Positions 1 through 8,285 of a DNA stretch of 20,000 bases are shown here, in pieces. The stretch covers positions 49,471 to 69,470 of IMG/VR virus record IMGVR_UViG_3300009873_000013; one strand, given 5' to 3'. The notes beneath the pieces were generated by a model. The model saw nothing but the letters and a program-made list of their open reading frames with translations, searched no databases and was not told where the DNA came from. The translations under genes were made by a program, and so were the position numbers. Numbering within the stretch: position 1 is the first letter of the stretch; every line of letters begins with the position of its first letter. The stretch is from an uncultured virus (IMG/VR IMGVR_UViG_3300009873_000013) (lineage: Duplodnaviria > Heunggongvirae > Uroviricota > Caudoviricetes).

Positions 1-627
1 CGGCCAGTCGACCGACAGCGAAGTGTTGGGCCGGTCGCTCGCGCCGAGATTCGAGCTCCATGTGCCGGCCTCGCTGGCCAGCGCCGTCGAGAGTCCGGCG
101 TAGTTGTCCGAGGGGACGGCGATCAGGTCGTTGGCGGTCACCGTACCGGCGCCCAAAAAGCTCTCCAGGCCGTGGATGTTGTTCTCGCGGCCCGAGGCGT
201 TGCCGTCCAGGAACAGCTCGCCCGAGAAGTGATCGGTCATGGCTTCCATCAGCCAGGGGATCGTCTCGGCGTACCGGTTGAGGATCCGCGCGCTGCCGCG
301 GTTCATCAGGTACTCTTTCTCGGTCATGGCGTCGGTGCCGACGTAGCCACGCCAGTTGAGAGCCGCCTGTCGCTGCAGGTCGTGCCGATTGAAGACCAGC
401 GTGCCGGCGTCGCCGGTCGCCTCGATCGGCTGCTGCGAGAATTTCATGTTCCAGATACACATGGAACTCGAGCAGCCCAGCACGATCTTGCCGTACTTCC
501 GCAGGTAGGCCAGGGCGATGCGGCGACGGATCGTTTCGTCGACGTAGCCCTTGAACCACTGCGGAGCCTGTTCGTGGATCACACCGATCCATTCCGTGTC
601 GAACGTCGAGATGAGCGTGGCAGTCAT
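1..627 (-). CDS. Probable phage major capsid protein (N-terminal 209 aa, runs off the left edge)
   Basis: Not in the ORF track; translated by hand: MTATLISTFDTEWIGVIHEQAPQWFKGYVDETIRRRIALAYLRKYGKIVLG...ELFLDGNASGRENNIHGLESFLG. GAGGT SD upstream of ATG 627. Lies directly downstream of a scaffold-like gene. The 'LFxDG...xxGL' pattern resembles HK97-fold capsid proteins. Confidence 0.7.
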   Translation of the reverse strand, partial: MTATLISTFDTEWIGVIHEQAPQWFKGYVDETIRRRIALAYLRKYGKIVLGCSSSMCIWNMKFSQQPIEATGDAGTLVFNRHDLQRQAALNWRGYVGTDAMTEKEYLMNRGSARILNRYAETIPWLMEAMTDHFSGELFLDGNASGRENNIHGLESFLGAGTVTANDLIAVPSDNYAGLSTALASEAGTWSSNLGASDRPNTSLSVDWP

Positions 628-671
628 GGTTTACACCTCGGTTGGAGGGGAAGGATCGGAAACTCCCGAGA

Positions 672-2306
672 TCAGAACTGGTCGGGGCGCGCGATCCCCC
701 TTGCGATCGCGCCTTGCTGGAAGAGTTGGCCCAAGTTGGCGTTGGTGTTTTGCGCGACGCCGTTCGCCGCGGCCGCCACCGTGCCGCCTGCGCCCGGCAC
801 GTGAAATGCGCCGTTGGCGGCAATGGCCCGTTGGATCAGGTGGTCCTTCATGGCCTGGTTCGGGTCGTACGGCTGGCCGTACGGCACCTGTCCAAGCTGC
901 GGGTAGCCGCCGGCCGGCTGCATGAAAGGGGGCTGCGGCTGCATGAAACCGCCGTTTTGCGGGTAAAACTGACCGCCCGGCGGATAGGCTCCGTTCGGCT
1001 GGGCATAGCCGTTCGTGGGCTGAGCCGCCGCGGCCAGCGCGCTGTCCACGTACTTGATGACCGTCGTGGCGTCGGGCTGGCGGCCGTAGGTCTGTTCGAA
1101 GTGCTGGCGGAAGTCGCCGATCAACTTCTGCGCCATCTGGCCGGTCGGGTTCAACAACGGCTGATTCGTGTAGGGGTTTGTCTGCAGGCGACCGTCCTGG
1201 CCGACGACGCAGAAGCGAGCCGCGTTCTGATCGACCCAGCGGCCGATCGTTTCCTGGCTGTGCTGCGCGCGGAAGACTTCGGCCACGCCTCCCAGCACCT
1301 CCTGCCGCGTCTGCTCGCGGACGTCGGTCAACAGCTTGTCGAGGCCTCGTTCGCGCAGGTAGCCGACCGGATCTTCGTCCATTCGCCGGCGTTGCTCGCG
1401 CTCCCAGCCGGCGCGCTCGTTGGCGCGTTGCACGATCAGGGGACTCGTGGCCATCGGATCCTTGGCCTCGTAGAGTCCCGTCTCGGGATTCATTCGCACG
1501 TAGGCGCCCCACTCGGGACGCCACTCGGGCGCCTTGGGTGGTTCTACTTGGCCGCCCCCTTGTGGCTGCTGCGGCGTGCCCTGCTGACCTGGCTGCTGCG
1601 TTGTCTGCTGTGGCTGACCGCCGCCGCTGTTCTGGCGCAGGTACTCCTGCCCCAGCCCGGCCATTTGTCGGAGGTAGCCGCTTTCCAGGGCGGCGCTGCC
1701 GAGATCCGCGAGCAGCGCTTCGTCGTCGGCGTACTGCCCGACGTTGATACCCCGCTGCGCCAGCGCATCGCGGACGACGGAAGTCGGCTGGCGCTGCGGC
1801 TGAGCTGCACTCTGTTGCGCGCCGGCGCCGTACAGCCAACCGTACTGTTGTGCCGGTGGTTGCTGCGGTTGCTGCTGCGGCGCTTGGCGCGCAAACGAGT
1901 GCATGCCGCCGGCTGGTCCGCCCAAGGCCAGGCCGTCGTCGTACGGTTGCTGCTGCCCAGCCGCGGGCGCTGATAGCGGCTGCGCGGGAGCTCCGCCACG
2001 ACCGAAGAGGGGATCCGGCGACATCGGCGTGCCGCTCGGCGAGAAGGGAGATTGCTGCGGCGGCGCCTGCGCGAAAGGCTGCGCGGCGAACTGCGGCGGG
2101 CGCTGCTGGCCGTACTGCGCTTGCATCGGCTGCTGGCCGTACTGTCCTCCGTAGCCCGGATCGGGCGGCATGATGTTGCCCTGCGTCTCGGGCATCATCT
2201 GCGGCTGGGGCGCACCGCCTTGGCCGCCGGGAAACGAATCGGGCGGCGCGCCGCCGATCGACTGGAAGCTGCCGGACCCTGGATGGGGCTGCGCAAACTG
2301 ATTCAT
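672..2306 (-). CDS. Scaffold-like head assembly protein with long Q/P/G-rich low-complexity regions (544 aa)
   Basis: ORF 672..2402; the preferred start is ATG 2306 (MNQFAQPHPG), preceded by GAGGT. Central charged helical segment; sits immediately upstream of the capsid gene. Confidence 0.55.
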   Translation of the reverse strand: MNQFAQPHPGSGSFQSIGGAPPDSFPGGQGGAPQPQMMPETQGNIMPPDPGYGGQYGQQPMQAQYGQQRPPQFAAQPFAQAPPQQSPFSPSGTPMSPDPLFGRGGAPAQPLSAPAAGQQQPYDDGLALGGPAGGMHSFARQAPQQQPQQPPAQQYGWLYGAGAQQSAAQPQRQPTSVVRDALAQRGINVGQYADDEALLADLGSAALESGYLRQMAGLGQEYLRQNSGGGQPQQTTQQPGQQGTPQQPQGGGQVEPPKAPEWRPEWGAYVRMNPETGLYEAKDPMATSPLIVQRANERAGWEREQRRRMDEDPVGYLRERGLDKLLTDVREQTRQEVLGGVAEVFRAQHSQETIGRWVDQNAARFCVVGQDGRLQTNPYTNQPLLNPTGQMAQKLIGDFRQHFEQTYGRQPDATTVIKYVDSALAAAAQPTNGYAQPNGAYPPGGQFYPQNGGFMQPQPPFMQPAGGYPQLGQVPYGQPYDPNQAMKDHLIQRAIAANGAFHVPGAGGTVAAAANGVAQNTNANLGQLFQQGAIARGIARPDQF

Positions 2307-2414
2307 CGTGGCACCTCGGGCGATCTTGGTTGGGGGCGATGCGTTAAGCCCTAGTCGAAATCGCGCGTGCCGCACAACAGCGCGTGCCGCACGCTGGTGC
2401 ACTTCGATCTTCGT

Positions 2415-2443
2415 TTGTCGTAGAAAAACTCCTTTGTTATCAT
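2415..2443 (+). promoter_or_regulatory. sigma70-like promoter for the rightward block
   Basis: TTGTCG (2415-2420), 17 nt spacer, TATCAT (2438-2443) with extended -10 TG, in an AT-rich divergent intergenic gap. Confidence 0.6.
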
Positions 2444-2479
2444 TTGCGGCGCACCAACCGAGAGCGCAGGAGCCAGGGC

Positions 2480-2713
2480 GTGAGCGTGGCCATCGATCCC
2501 GACAAGGAAGTGCTGCACCGGGTCAGTCGGCCCAGCAGCTTCGGTTGTCCCCGGCATCCCAACACCGTGGAACGCTGGATCCGGCAAGGCCTCAAGAGCC
2601 CGGTCACCGGCGAGATCGTGAAGCTCGAAGGCTTCTACGAAGGGGTCGAGTTGCACACCACGCGCGAGGCCTACCTGCGGTTCCTGCGTCGGCTCAACGG
2701 ACAGGACGAGTAA
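2480..2713 (+). CDS. DUF1580-like small HTH DNA-binding protein (excisionase/AlpA-like)
   Basis: GTG 2480 after AGGAG. The sequence 'HPNTVERWIRQGLK...VKLE...TTREAYLRFLRRL' matches the pattern of the Planctomycete DUF1580 family as I recall it. Confidence 0.7.
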   Translation: MSVAIDPDKEVLHRVSRPSSFGCPRHPNTVERWIRQGLKSPVTGEIVKLEGFYEGVELHTTREAYLRFLRRLNGQDE

Positions 2714-2738
2714 CCTGGCTCGAGCGGGAGGACGTCCG

Positions 2739-3191
2739 ATGCGCGACGACCAGTTCTTCGGCCCGTCGAAGTTCCACCCGCACGGCAGTGAGCCTACTCC
2801 CCCACCGAACAACCTCGAGGTGGAGCTCGTGGGCGGACCGCAAGATGGCCGTACGGTCGTCACCGGCGATCCGCTGCGGCAGTTCTTGATCGCGGCCGAG
2901 CCCTTGCCCGGGCGTCCCGACTGGAACCACGAGTGGGAGTACTTCGTCGAATACGACGAGGAGTTCGAGTGTTTCCGCGGCGTGACCGACAACGTGCCGC
3001 GACACATCGTCGACGCGGCCAACGCCTGGCACCGCTGGGCCGCGCGGATGGACGACGAGGTTGCGCCGATCTACGAGCACCGCGGCGACCTGCGGCACTA
3101 CGACTTCCTCGGCAACTTGACCCGCCGCCACCTCCGCGAAGGCGGACAGAGCGACGACGGCTTCGATCCCCGTAGTCTCGGTTCGTACTGA
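2739..3191 (+). CDS. Hypothetical protein (150 aa, acidic)
   Basis: GGAGG SD; GC3-rich codon usage; part of a tightly packed run of genes. Confidence 0.75.
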   Translation: MRDDQFFGPSKFHPHGSEPTPPPNNLEVELVGGPQDGRTVVTGDPLRQFLIAAEPLPGRPDWNHEWEYFVEYDEEFECFRGVTDNVPRHIVDAANAWHRWAARMDDEVAPIYEHRGDLRHYDFLGNLTRRHLREGGQSDDGFDPRSLGSY

Positions 3192-3202
3192 GGACGCACG
3201 CC

Positions 3203-3856
3203 ATGGCCACATCGCTCGATCGCCGCCAGTTTGCCGGCGCCGCTTGCTCGCTGTTTGGATTTCCGATTCCCGAAATGATCGCGCGGAGCTTCGGCGTTCT
3301 GCCTGGCGAGGGCGAGGTCGAGGTCGCCCGGCAACAGACGCTCTATGCCGACAATCTGAAGGTCTACTACACCTCGGCCCGCGACCTGCGCGTCGGTAAG
3401 ACGTTGGTCGTCGAGGCGGTGCAACCCAACTTGCCCTGGCCGGGGATCATCACGTCGTACTTCCTCGAGGACCAGCGCGACGCGAGCCGGTTCTTCACGC
3501 TGGAGAACGCGCTGCCGGCCTGGGGATTGATCAAGCGACTGCGAGCAGAGGGTGGTTGGAGCGGCGTGGCCGATCGTCTCTGCCAGCAAGCGGCTCTATT
3601 TTGGTTGGACGATTTCACCGCCGAGGAGCGGTCGGAACTGGCCGAGCAGATCCCGACGCCTGATCGTCTCGACGCCCTGTATGCGATCGAGGGAGCGGTC
3701 GATCACGCGAGCTACGGGCAACTTGCCTTTGCGGTCGGCTGGGTCGACAACACCTGGCACATGCACAAGCTGCTGGCCATCGTCGATCGTCCGCAGCCCG
3801 AGCGGATCGCCTTGTCATACCTCGGCAGCAAGCAGTACGAGCGGCTGATCGGATGA
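3203..3856 (+). CDS. Hypothetical protein with twin-arginine-like N-terminus (DRRQF)
   Basis: GAGG SD; MATSLDRRQFAGAACSLFG; ATGA overlap with the next gene. Confidence 0.75.
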   Translation: MATSLDRRQFAGAACSLFGFPIPEMIARSFGVLPGEGEVEVARQQTLYADNLKVYYTSARDLRVGKTLVVEAVQPNLPWPGIITSYFLEDQRDASRFFTLENALPAWGLIKRLRAEGGWSGVADRLCQQAALFWLDDFTAEERSELAEQIPTPDRLDALYAIEGAVDHASYGQLAFAVGWVDNTWHMHKLLAIVDRPQPERIALSYLGSKQYERLIG

Positions 3857-4350
3857 GCGACGCCCACGCAGAATCCAAGTCGCGTTGTCCCTACTGCCGC
3901 GAGCTCGGCCTGGTGAGCACGGTCCGACATCAAACAGCCACGTTGTCGACGCTCATGGAGACCGACAAATGGTACGACGAGCAAGGCCGTTTTCAGGTGG
4001 ACGATCCCAATACCTACACGACCGGCTATCGCTGCTCGCAAGGGCACGTCTGGTCGGAGAGTCGTCGAGCAGGGCGTAAGCTGATTCTCAAGCGGCACGA
4101 CGATACGAAGCCCGACCCTGAGCCGGAATCGATCGAAGATCTCGAGCTCAAGTTCAGGCACTTCGAGTCGTTGTCGGACAAATTTGCTATTGCCTTTGAG
4201 ATTGAACGCACGCGTCCCTATCGCTACCGACTCGAGATGAAGGGGCACGTCACTTACGAGTACGACACCGATCGGCCAATGCCCAACCGCTGGTGGCGCT
4301 TCTGGGCCTGGCTCCTCTTGGGCTGGACATGGACGCGAGTCGAGAAATGA
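3853..4350 (+). CDS. Hypothetical protein, N-terminal Zn-ribbon-like (CPYC ... CSQGH), Trp-rich C-terminus
   Basis: Translationally coupled (ATGA) at both ends. Confidence 0.7.
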   Translation: MSDAHAESKSRCPYCRELGLVSTVRHQTATLSTLMETDKWYDEQGRFQVDDPNTYTTGYRCSQGHVWSESRRAGRKLILKRHDDTKPDPEPESIEDLELKFRHFESLSDKFAIAFEIERTRPYRYRLEMKGHVTYEYDTDRPMPNRWWRFWAWLLLGWTWTRVEK

Positions 4351-4559
4351 GCGATCGCCAGTTCCCCCCGATCAACTTCAACATTGTGCAGCCCGAGCCG
4401 GGCGAGTTCCGCGAGCTCCGCTCCATCCTGCCCGAGACCGAGCAGGCGCACACCGCCGCGGTCGAAGAGCTCTACCGCCAAGAACAAGCGGCCCAGGAAG
4501 AGGCCGCCCGTCGTCGGGCCCGGATGCCCAGGAAACGCCAACCCGGGAGAAAACCATGA
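4347..4559 (+). CDS. Hypothetical protein (70 aa)
   Basis: Start MSDRQFPP at the ATGA overlap 4347-4350; stop overlaps the next ATG. Confidence 0.65.
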   Translation: MSDRQFPPINFNIVQPEPGEFRELRSILPETEQAHTAAVEELYRQEQAAQEEAARRRARMPRKRQPGRKP

Positions 4560-4795
4560 CAGGTGCCGAACAAGTCGTCCGCCAGCTCGGTCGCTTGGAC
4601 ACAGCGCTCTCGCAGATCAACGCCGCCGACGTCCTGGCCGAGCTCAGTATCGAGAAGCGGAAGGAAACCCTCGCCACGCTCGACGCCCTGGCGGCCAAGA
4701 TCGCCAGCACCCACCGCCGCATCATCGCCACGATCCCGACCGAAGAACCGGCCGTCGCCGAGCAACCAACGCCAGCCGGCTCGCCGGTGGACTAA
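4556..4795 (+). CDS. Hypothetical helical/coiled-coil protein (79 aa)
   Basis: GGAG SD, ATGA coupling. Confidence 0.65.
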   Translation: MTGAEQVVRQLGRLDTALSQINAADVLAELSIEKRKETLATLDALAAKIASTHRRIIATIPTEEPAVAEQPTPAGSPVD

Positions 4796-4846
4796 TCGGC
4801 CGATCAGTGGCTACAAAGTAGCCCACCCCCAACTCGAGGAGCCACC

Positions 4847-5506
4847 ATGCTCACCCGACGCTCTCTCCTGCAGGCCGGCGCCGCGGTGCTCGCCCTGCCG
4901 GCCACCCTGCTGGGCAAGACCAGTCGCAATCAGATCTCCTACAACGACTCGACCGGCGCCCTCGACCTCGCCACGGTCGGCGAGTTCCACCCGCCTCGCG
5001 CGCCGTTCGAAGTCGGCGTCACCGACTGCTCGGAGTACCTCTTCGACACGAAGACTGGCGACGTCTTGTTCCCGCTCTATCGCGAAGAAGGGACGCCGCC
5101 GCTTCTCACGCGCGACACGGCTGCCTACATCTTCAACATGATGAAGAACCGCGGCCTGGAGGTCCCGTACTTCTGCACGCCGATGCACAAGGTTCTAGCA
5201 ACGGGACGGGACGTCGGTAACGCCAAGGACGAACTGGCCCGCCTGCAAAACGTCAAAGCCGAGGCGTACGGCTTTCGACCCATGACCGACATGGAGTTCG
5301 TGCAGTACCACGGTCTCCTCGAGGTCGCCCGTCGACGGGAAGCGTTTTACGAAGAGTGGATCGAACACCGGGCGATCTACGACCTTGCCAACGGCCTACT
5401 CGTCCTCTTCGACAAGACCAACTGGCGGATCGCCTTCGCGCTCCTCGTGCCGAAGGAGCCCGCGCGCACGCTGATCACCCGTTGCCTCTACATCCAAGAC
5501 CATTGA
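4847..5506 (+). CDS. Hypothetical protein with Tat-like signal (TRRSLL + hydrophobic stretch)
   Basis: GAGGAG SD; MLTRRSLLQAGAAVLALPATLLG. Confidence 0.75.
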   Translation: MLTRRSLLQAGAAVLALPATLLGKTSRNQISYNDSTGALDLATVGEFHPPRAPFEVGVTDCSEYLFDTKTGDVLFPLYREEGTPPLLTRDTAAYIFNMMKNRGLEVPYFCTPMHKVLATGRDVGNAKDELARLQNVKAEAYGFRPMTDMEFVQYHGLLEVARRREAFYEEWIEHRAIYDLANGLLVLFDKTNWRIAFALLVPKEPARTLITRCLYIQDH

Positions 5507-5532
5507 CAGCCCCGGGGCTATCGACATAGACT
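5503..5532 (+). promoter_or_regulatory. sigma70-like promoter
   Basis: TTGACA (5503-5508), 18 nt spacer, TAGACT (5527-5532). Confidence 0.6.
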
Positions 5533-5581
5533 CCCGCCCAAGGAGCCTGGGCGATCTCAAGCGCGGCCGCCCACGCGCCCC

Positions 5582-5643
5582 GCCGCTCTGTGCACGACGC
5601 CGCCCCGAAACGACGTCGCCGCACTCCAGAGAGCGGCTTTTTT
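5582..5643 (+). terminator. Intrinsic terminator-like structure closing a short non-coding transcript
   Basis: GCCGCTCT (5582-5589) pairs with AGAGCGGC (5630-5637), followed by T6; large internal region. Confidence 0.55.
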
Positions 5644-5658
5644 CTTGCGCCCGTCCGC

Positions 5659-5686
5659 TTGACTCGCCTGACAGCACCGGTATTAT
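5659..5686 (+). promoter_or_regulatory. sigma70-like promoter
   Basis: TTGACT (5659-5664), 16 nt spacer, TATTAT (5681-5686). Confidence 0.55.
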
Positions 5687-5719
5687 CACGGCGTGCGCTG
5701 GCGACAGCGTGCCTCGAAC

Positions 5720-5768
5720 AGGAGAGGCGGGCCGAGTGCCTCTACGCTCACCGGCCCGCTTCTTTTTT
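5720..5768 (+). terminator. Intrinsic terminator/attenuator in the leader of the 5798 gene
   Basis: GCGGGCCG...CGGCCCGC stem followed by TTCTTTTTT. Confidence 0.6.
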
Positions 5769-5772
5769 GCGC

Positions 5773-5796
5773 TCACCACGCCGGCTGGAGTCTCAC
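5773..5796 (+). repeat. Bipartite RBS motif copy 1 (TCACCA...GGAGTCTCAC)
   Basis: TCACCA 5773-5778; GGAGTCTCAC 5787-5796; GTG 5798. Confidence 0.85.
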
Positions 5797-5797
5797 C

Positions 5798-6097
5798 GTG
5801 GCCAGCAACTTTGACGAGCACGGCTGCCACATCGCCAACGACAAAGAGTTCTACTTCCAGTGCTCCCTCTCCCGCCGCCGCGACGACGGCACCATCATCG
5901 TCCAGGTCGCCTGGATTCCCGCCAAATTCGCCGAAGCCGGTCGCGTCCTCAAAATCAAAGCCACCGACGGCTCCTGGGTCGACGGCTGGACCGTCACTAG
6001 CGTCGGCGCCGGCATGGTCGGCGTCCCCGACGTCCGCAAAGGCCGCCGCCAACACCGCAAACAAACAGGCGACAGCCTGCCCAAGGAGAGAAAATGA
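5798..6097 (+). CDS. Hypothetical protein (99 aa)
   Basis: GTG start after GGAG within the motif; in frame with ORF 5693..6097; ATGA overlap with the next gene. Confidence 0.7.
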   Translation: MASNFDEHGCHIANDKEFYFQCSLSRRRDDGTIIVQVAWIPAKFAEAGRVLKIKATDGSWVDGWTVTSVGAGMVGVPDVRKGRRQHRKQTGDSLPKERK

Positions 6098-6300
6098 TCT
6101 CGAGACGCTCGCTCCTCGCCGCCCTCCCCTTCTGCGGCTGGCTCAAGCCGGCGCCCGTCGACGGTCTCGCCGACAAAGTCGAGTCGTGGATGGGCGAAGC
6201 ACGTAGGTTCGACGAAGTTTGGGCCTTCCTCGACCAGTTCCAACACCGCGTCGGACTCATCGAGCCGCCCATCTACGGCAACAACCCTCACGCCACGTAG
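6094..6300 (+). CDS. Small protein with Tat-like N-terminus (SRRSLL)
   Basis: AAGGAG SD; MISRRSLLAALPFCGWL. Confidence 0.65.
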   Translation: MISRRSLLAALPFCGWLKPAPVDGLADKVESWMGEARRFDEVWAFLDQFQHRVGLIEPPIYGNNPHAT

Positions 6301-6587
6301 AAGCACGACCGAACCGACGGCTCGCGCGGCGATCGCTTCTCACCGGCCGCCATCTTGCGCAGGTCCACATCGCGATCGAGCAGACCGCCGCACGCACTGC
6401 ACCGTGGCGCCGAACCACGCGTCGATGAAAACAGGTGCCGCAGCGTGGGCTCCTTCGCCCCACAGTCCCGGCACGTCGCCATCCCAGGACCACGCCGACG
6501 CCCACCCTTCCGCCGCTTCTTGTGCTTCCGCTTCCGCGGACCACCGTGCGGCTTGTGATAGCTCGCGTGCTGAATCTTCCCCATCAT
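6288..6587 (-). CDS. Basic Zn-ribbon protein (CRDC...CSAC)
   Basis: MMGKIQH..., K/R-rich tract and two CxxC pairs; start position uncertain. Confidence 0.55.
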   Translation of the reverse strand: MMGKIQHASYHKPHGGPRKRKHKKRRKGGRRRGPGMATCRDCGAKEPTLRHLFSSTRGSAPRCSACGGLLDRDVDLRKMAAGEKRSPREPSVRSCFYVA

Positions 6588-7261
6588 GCCACCCAAAATT
6601 TCTCGACCGGCCATAACCCCTTTGTTGTTGCAGACGACGACTCGCAAGATAGCACGCCGCCCGCCCACCGACGACAAAAATTCCGTTGACGACGTTCGCC
6701 AAGAATCCTAATCTCACCTCCCGCCGACCTGACGGTGGGCCGGCTCACAGCCCCAACCCGTGGCAACGACGAAACACCGTCAGCCGTTCCTGTTCGGGTG
6801 TAGGCGGACAAGACGTCACGCGCGACGTACTCCGCCGTGCCAGAGAAAAGCCCCAGCGAGCTCGGGCCTGGCGTGTAATAAACCGTAAAGTGCACTCCCT
6901 GGAACCGGCCGATCGCTCCTTCTTTTACTAAGCGGTCGTGCGCGCCTGCCTCTCTACCGGTCAACTCGACCAAAGCGCTCGACATCAACGTCAATGCGCC
7001 CGCTTTCGTGACACCCTTCTCACTCCCGCCCAGACTCGAACACCCTCCAGACCACCCATCTCCACGACCACCAGCGCGAAAAAAATCTTCGCGGGGAACG
7101 TAATCACGGTCGAGGGGGGGCCGACGGGGCCTCCCGGTGGTCGATCGGTCCACGCAACGTGTTGCGGCCTATAGTCTTGCGTTGCGTCGACCGAACGGGG
7201 GTAGAAATGGCACGTTTGGCACACCATTTGCGAATGCATGCGGCCGCTATTCACCCCATCA

Positions 7262-7596
7262 TGTGGCCACGTGTGACGCGTAGGCGTGGCATCGTCCAGC
7301 AAGCGCGGTCTGCGGCCGAGTCGAGACCGCGGCGCGATCTATCCAGTCGCCACACGAGTAACGCTATTGAGTCGACACCATAGTGGCGCTTGCGTGGCGT
7401 GGCGTATGTCGTGGCATGGTAGGCGCTTGTGTGGGGTGATGCGTGGCGTAGGCGTGGCACGTGGTCAACGCGCGCCGTCTGCGCGATTCCCGAAAACCAA
7501 GTGTCCAAATTGGACCGCGGCCGGATTCTTTGGGCTACGTTCTATCGGCGTGACAGCGCCGGAGTTATCGGCGTGGCGTTGTGCTGTCACGTGGTC
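7262..7596 (+). repeat. Cluster of (C)GTGG(C/T) short direct repeats, including 2x GCGTAGGCGTGGCA
   Basis: About ten GTGGC/GTGGT cores between 7262 and 7596; the 14-mer is at 7277 and 7446; no credible ORF. Confidence 0.55.
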
Positions 7597-7672
7597 CTGG
7601 TCGAATTGACCGACGGCGGATGATTGAACTCGGCGGACGGTTTCCGATACGGTATCTGGGACCGTTTCACGT

Positions 7673-7695
7673 TTCACCCGTTTGCGGAGTCTCAC
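7673..7695 (+). repeat. Bipartite RBS motif copy 2
   Basis: TTCACC 7673-7678; GGAGTCTCAC 7686-7695; ATG 7699. Confidence 0.85.
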
Positions 7696-7698
7696 ACC

Positions 7699-8217
7699 AT
7701 GGCAGCGACGACAACTTTTCAGCTCACGACCGATACGACGATCGACGATGCGGCCGGCGCGTTGCGCGCTGGTCTCGTGCCGCTTGAAGCGTTCCTGGAA
7801 TGGCAGGCAGGCTACGTGAAGCGCCAGTCTGCGGCATCTGGCCGAGTGCGCGTCACGGTCTCGCCGAAGGGCATGATCGTACTCAATGGCGTGGTCGGCA
7901 AAGGCGAAGGATTCGCGCCCAATTTCACGCCGCGCGTTCTGGCCGATCTTCTGGACAACGCGGACGCCTTGATCGGTGCCGTTGTCGAGAATGCAGACAA
8001 GTCGCACGCGGCGGACGCCACGGTCAAGGATCTGAACCCCGCGTGGAAAAAGGCGAAGGATTCCAAGGCGAGCGAAGAGCAGCTCGCGAAGATCCCCAAG
8101 CTGGTCCCCGTGGCGCATCCGCGGGCAGGCAAGCCGGTGCTGAAGTACGGTAGCGCGGCGGAGCTGGCCGAGACCGTGAAGCGCCTTCAGGCGATTCGCG
8201 CCAAGCTGGTCGGCTAA
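7699..8217 (+). CDS. Hypothetical protein (172 aa, A/K-rich)
   Basis: ATG 7699 after the motif RBS; in frame with ORF 7624..8217. Confidence 0.8.
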   Translation: MAATTTFQLTTDTTIDDAAGALRAGLVPLEAFLEWQAGYVKRQSAASGRVRVTVSPKGMIVLNGVVGKGEGFAPNFTPRVLADLLDNADALIGAVVENADKSHAADATVKDLNPAWKKAKDSKASEEQLAKIPKLVPVAHPRAGKPVLKYGSAAELAETVKRLQAIRAKLVG

Positions 8218-8223
8218 CGCGGT

Positions 8224-8285
8224 CCGCACAACGCGCCGTGTGCCGCGCGAGTCTCCGCGGTCACCATCGCACGGCGCGCTTGCGG
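8224..8285 (+). promoter_or_regulatory. Intergenic RNA structure displaying GAGTCTC (loop) and TCACCA (bulge)
   Basis: CGCGCCGTGTG 8232-8242 pairs with CGCACGGCGCG 8268-8278; inner CCGCG/CGCGG stem with loop CGAGTCTC 8248-8255; TCACCAT 8261-8267 unpaired. Confidence 0.6.

Noticed and set aside
172..1973. Long plus-strand ORFs 172..804 and 642..1973, and minus-strand 631..1839
   Set aside because: Antisense or alternate-frame shadows of the capsid and scaffold genes in high-GC DNA; R/A/P-rich or implausible composition and no SD.
6686..6931. ORF 6686..6931 (+) and other ORFs in 6584-7620
   Set aside because: TTG or weak starts, no clear SD, atypical codon usage; cannot be supported as genes.
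7606..7653. Promoter for the 7699 gene (TTGAAC-18-TACGGT)
   Set aside because: The match to consensus is too weak to report as a feature, although a promoter is expected here.
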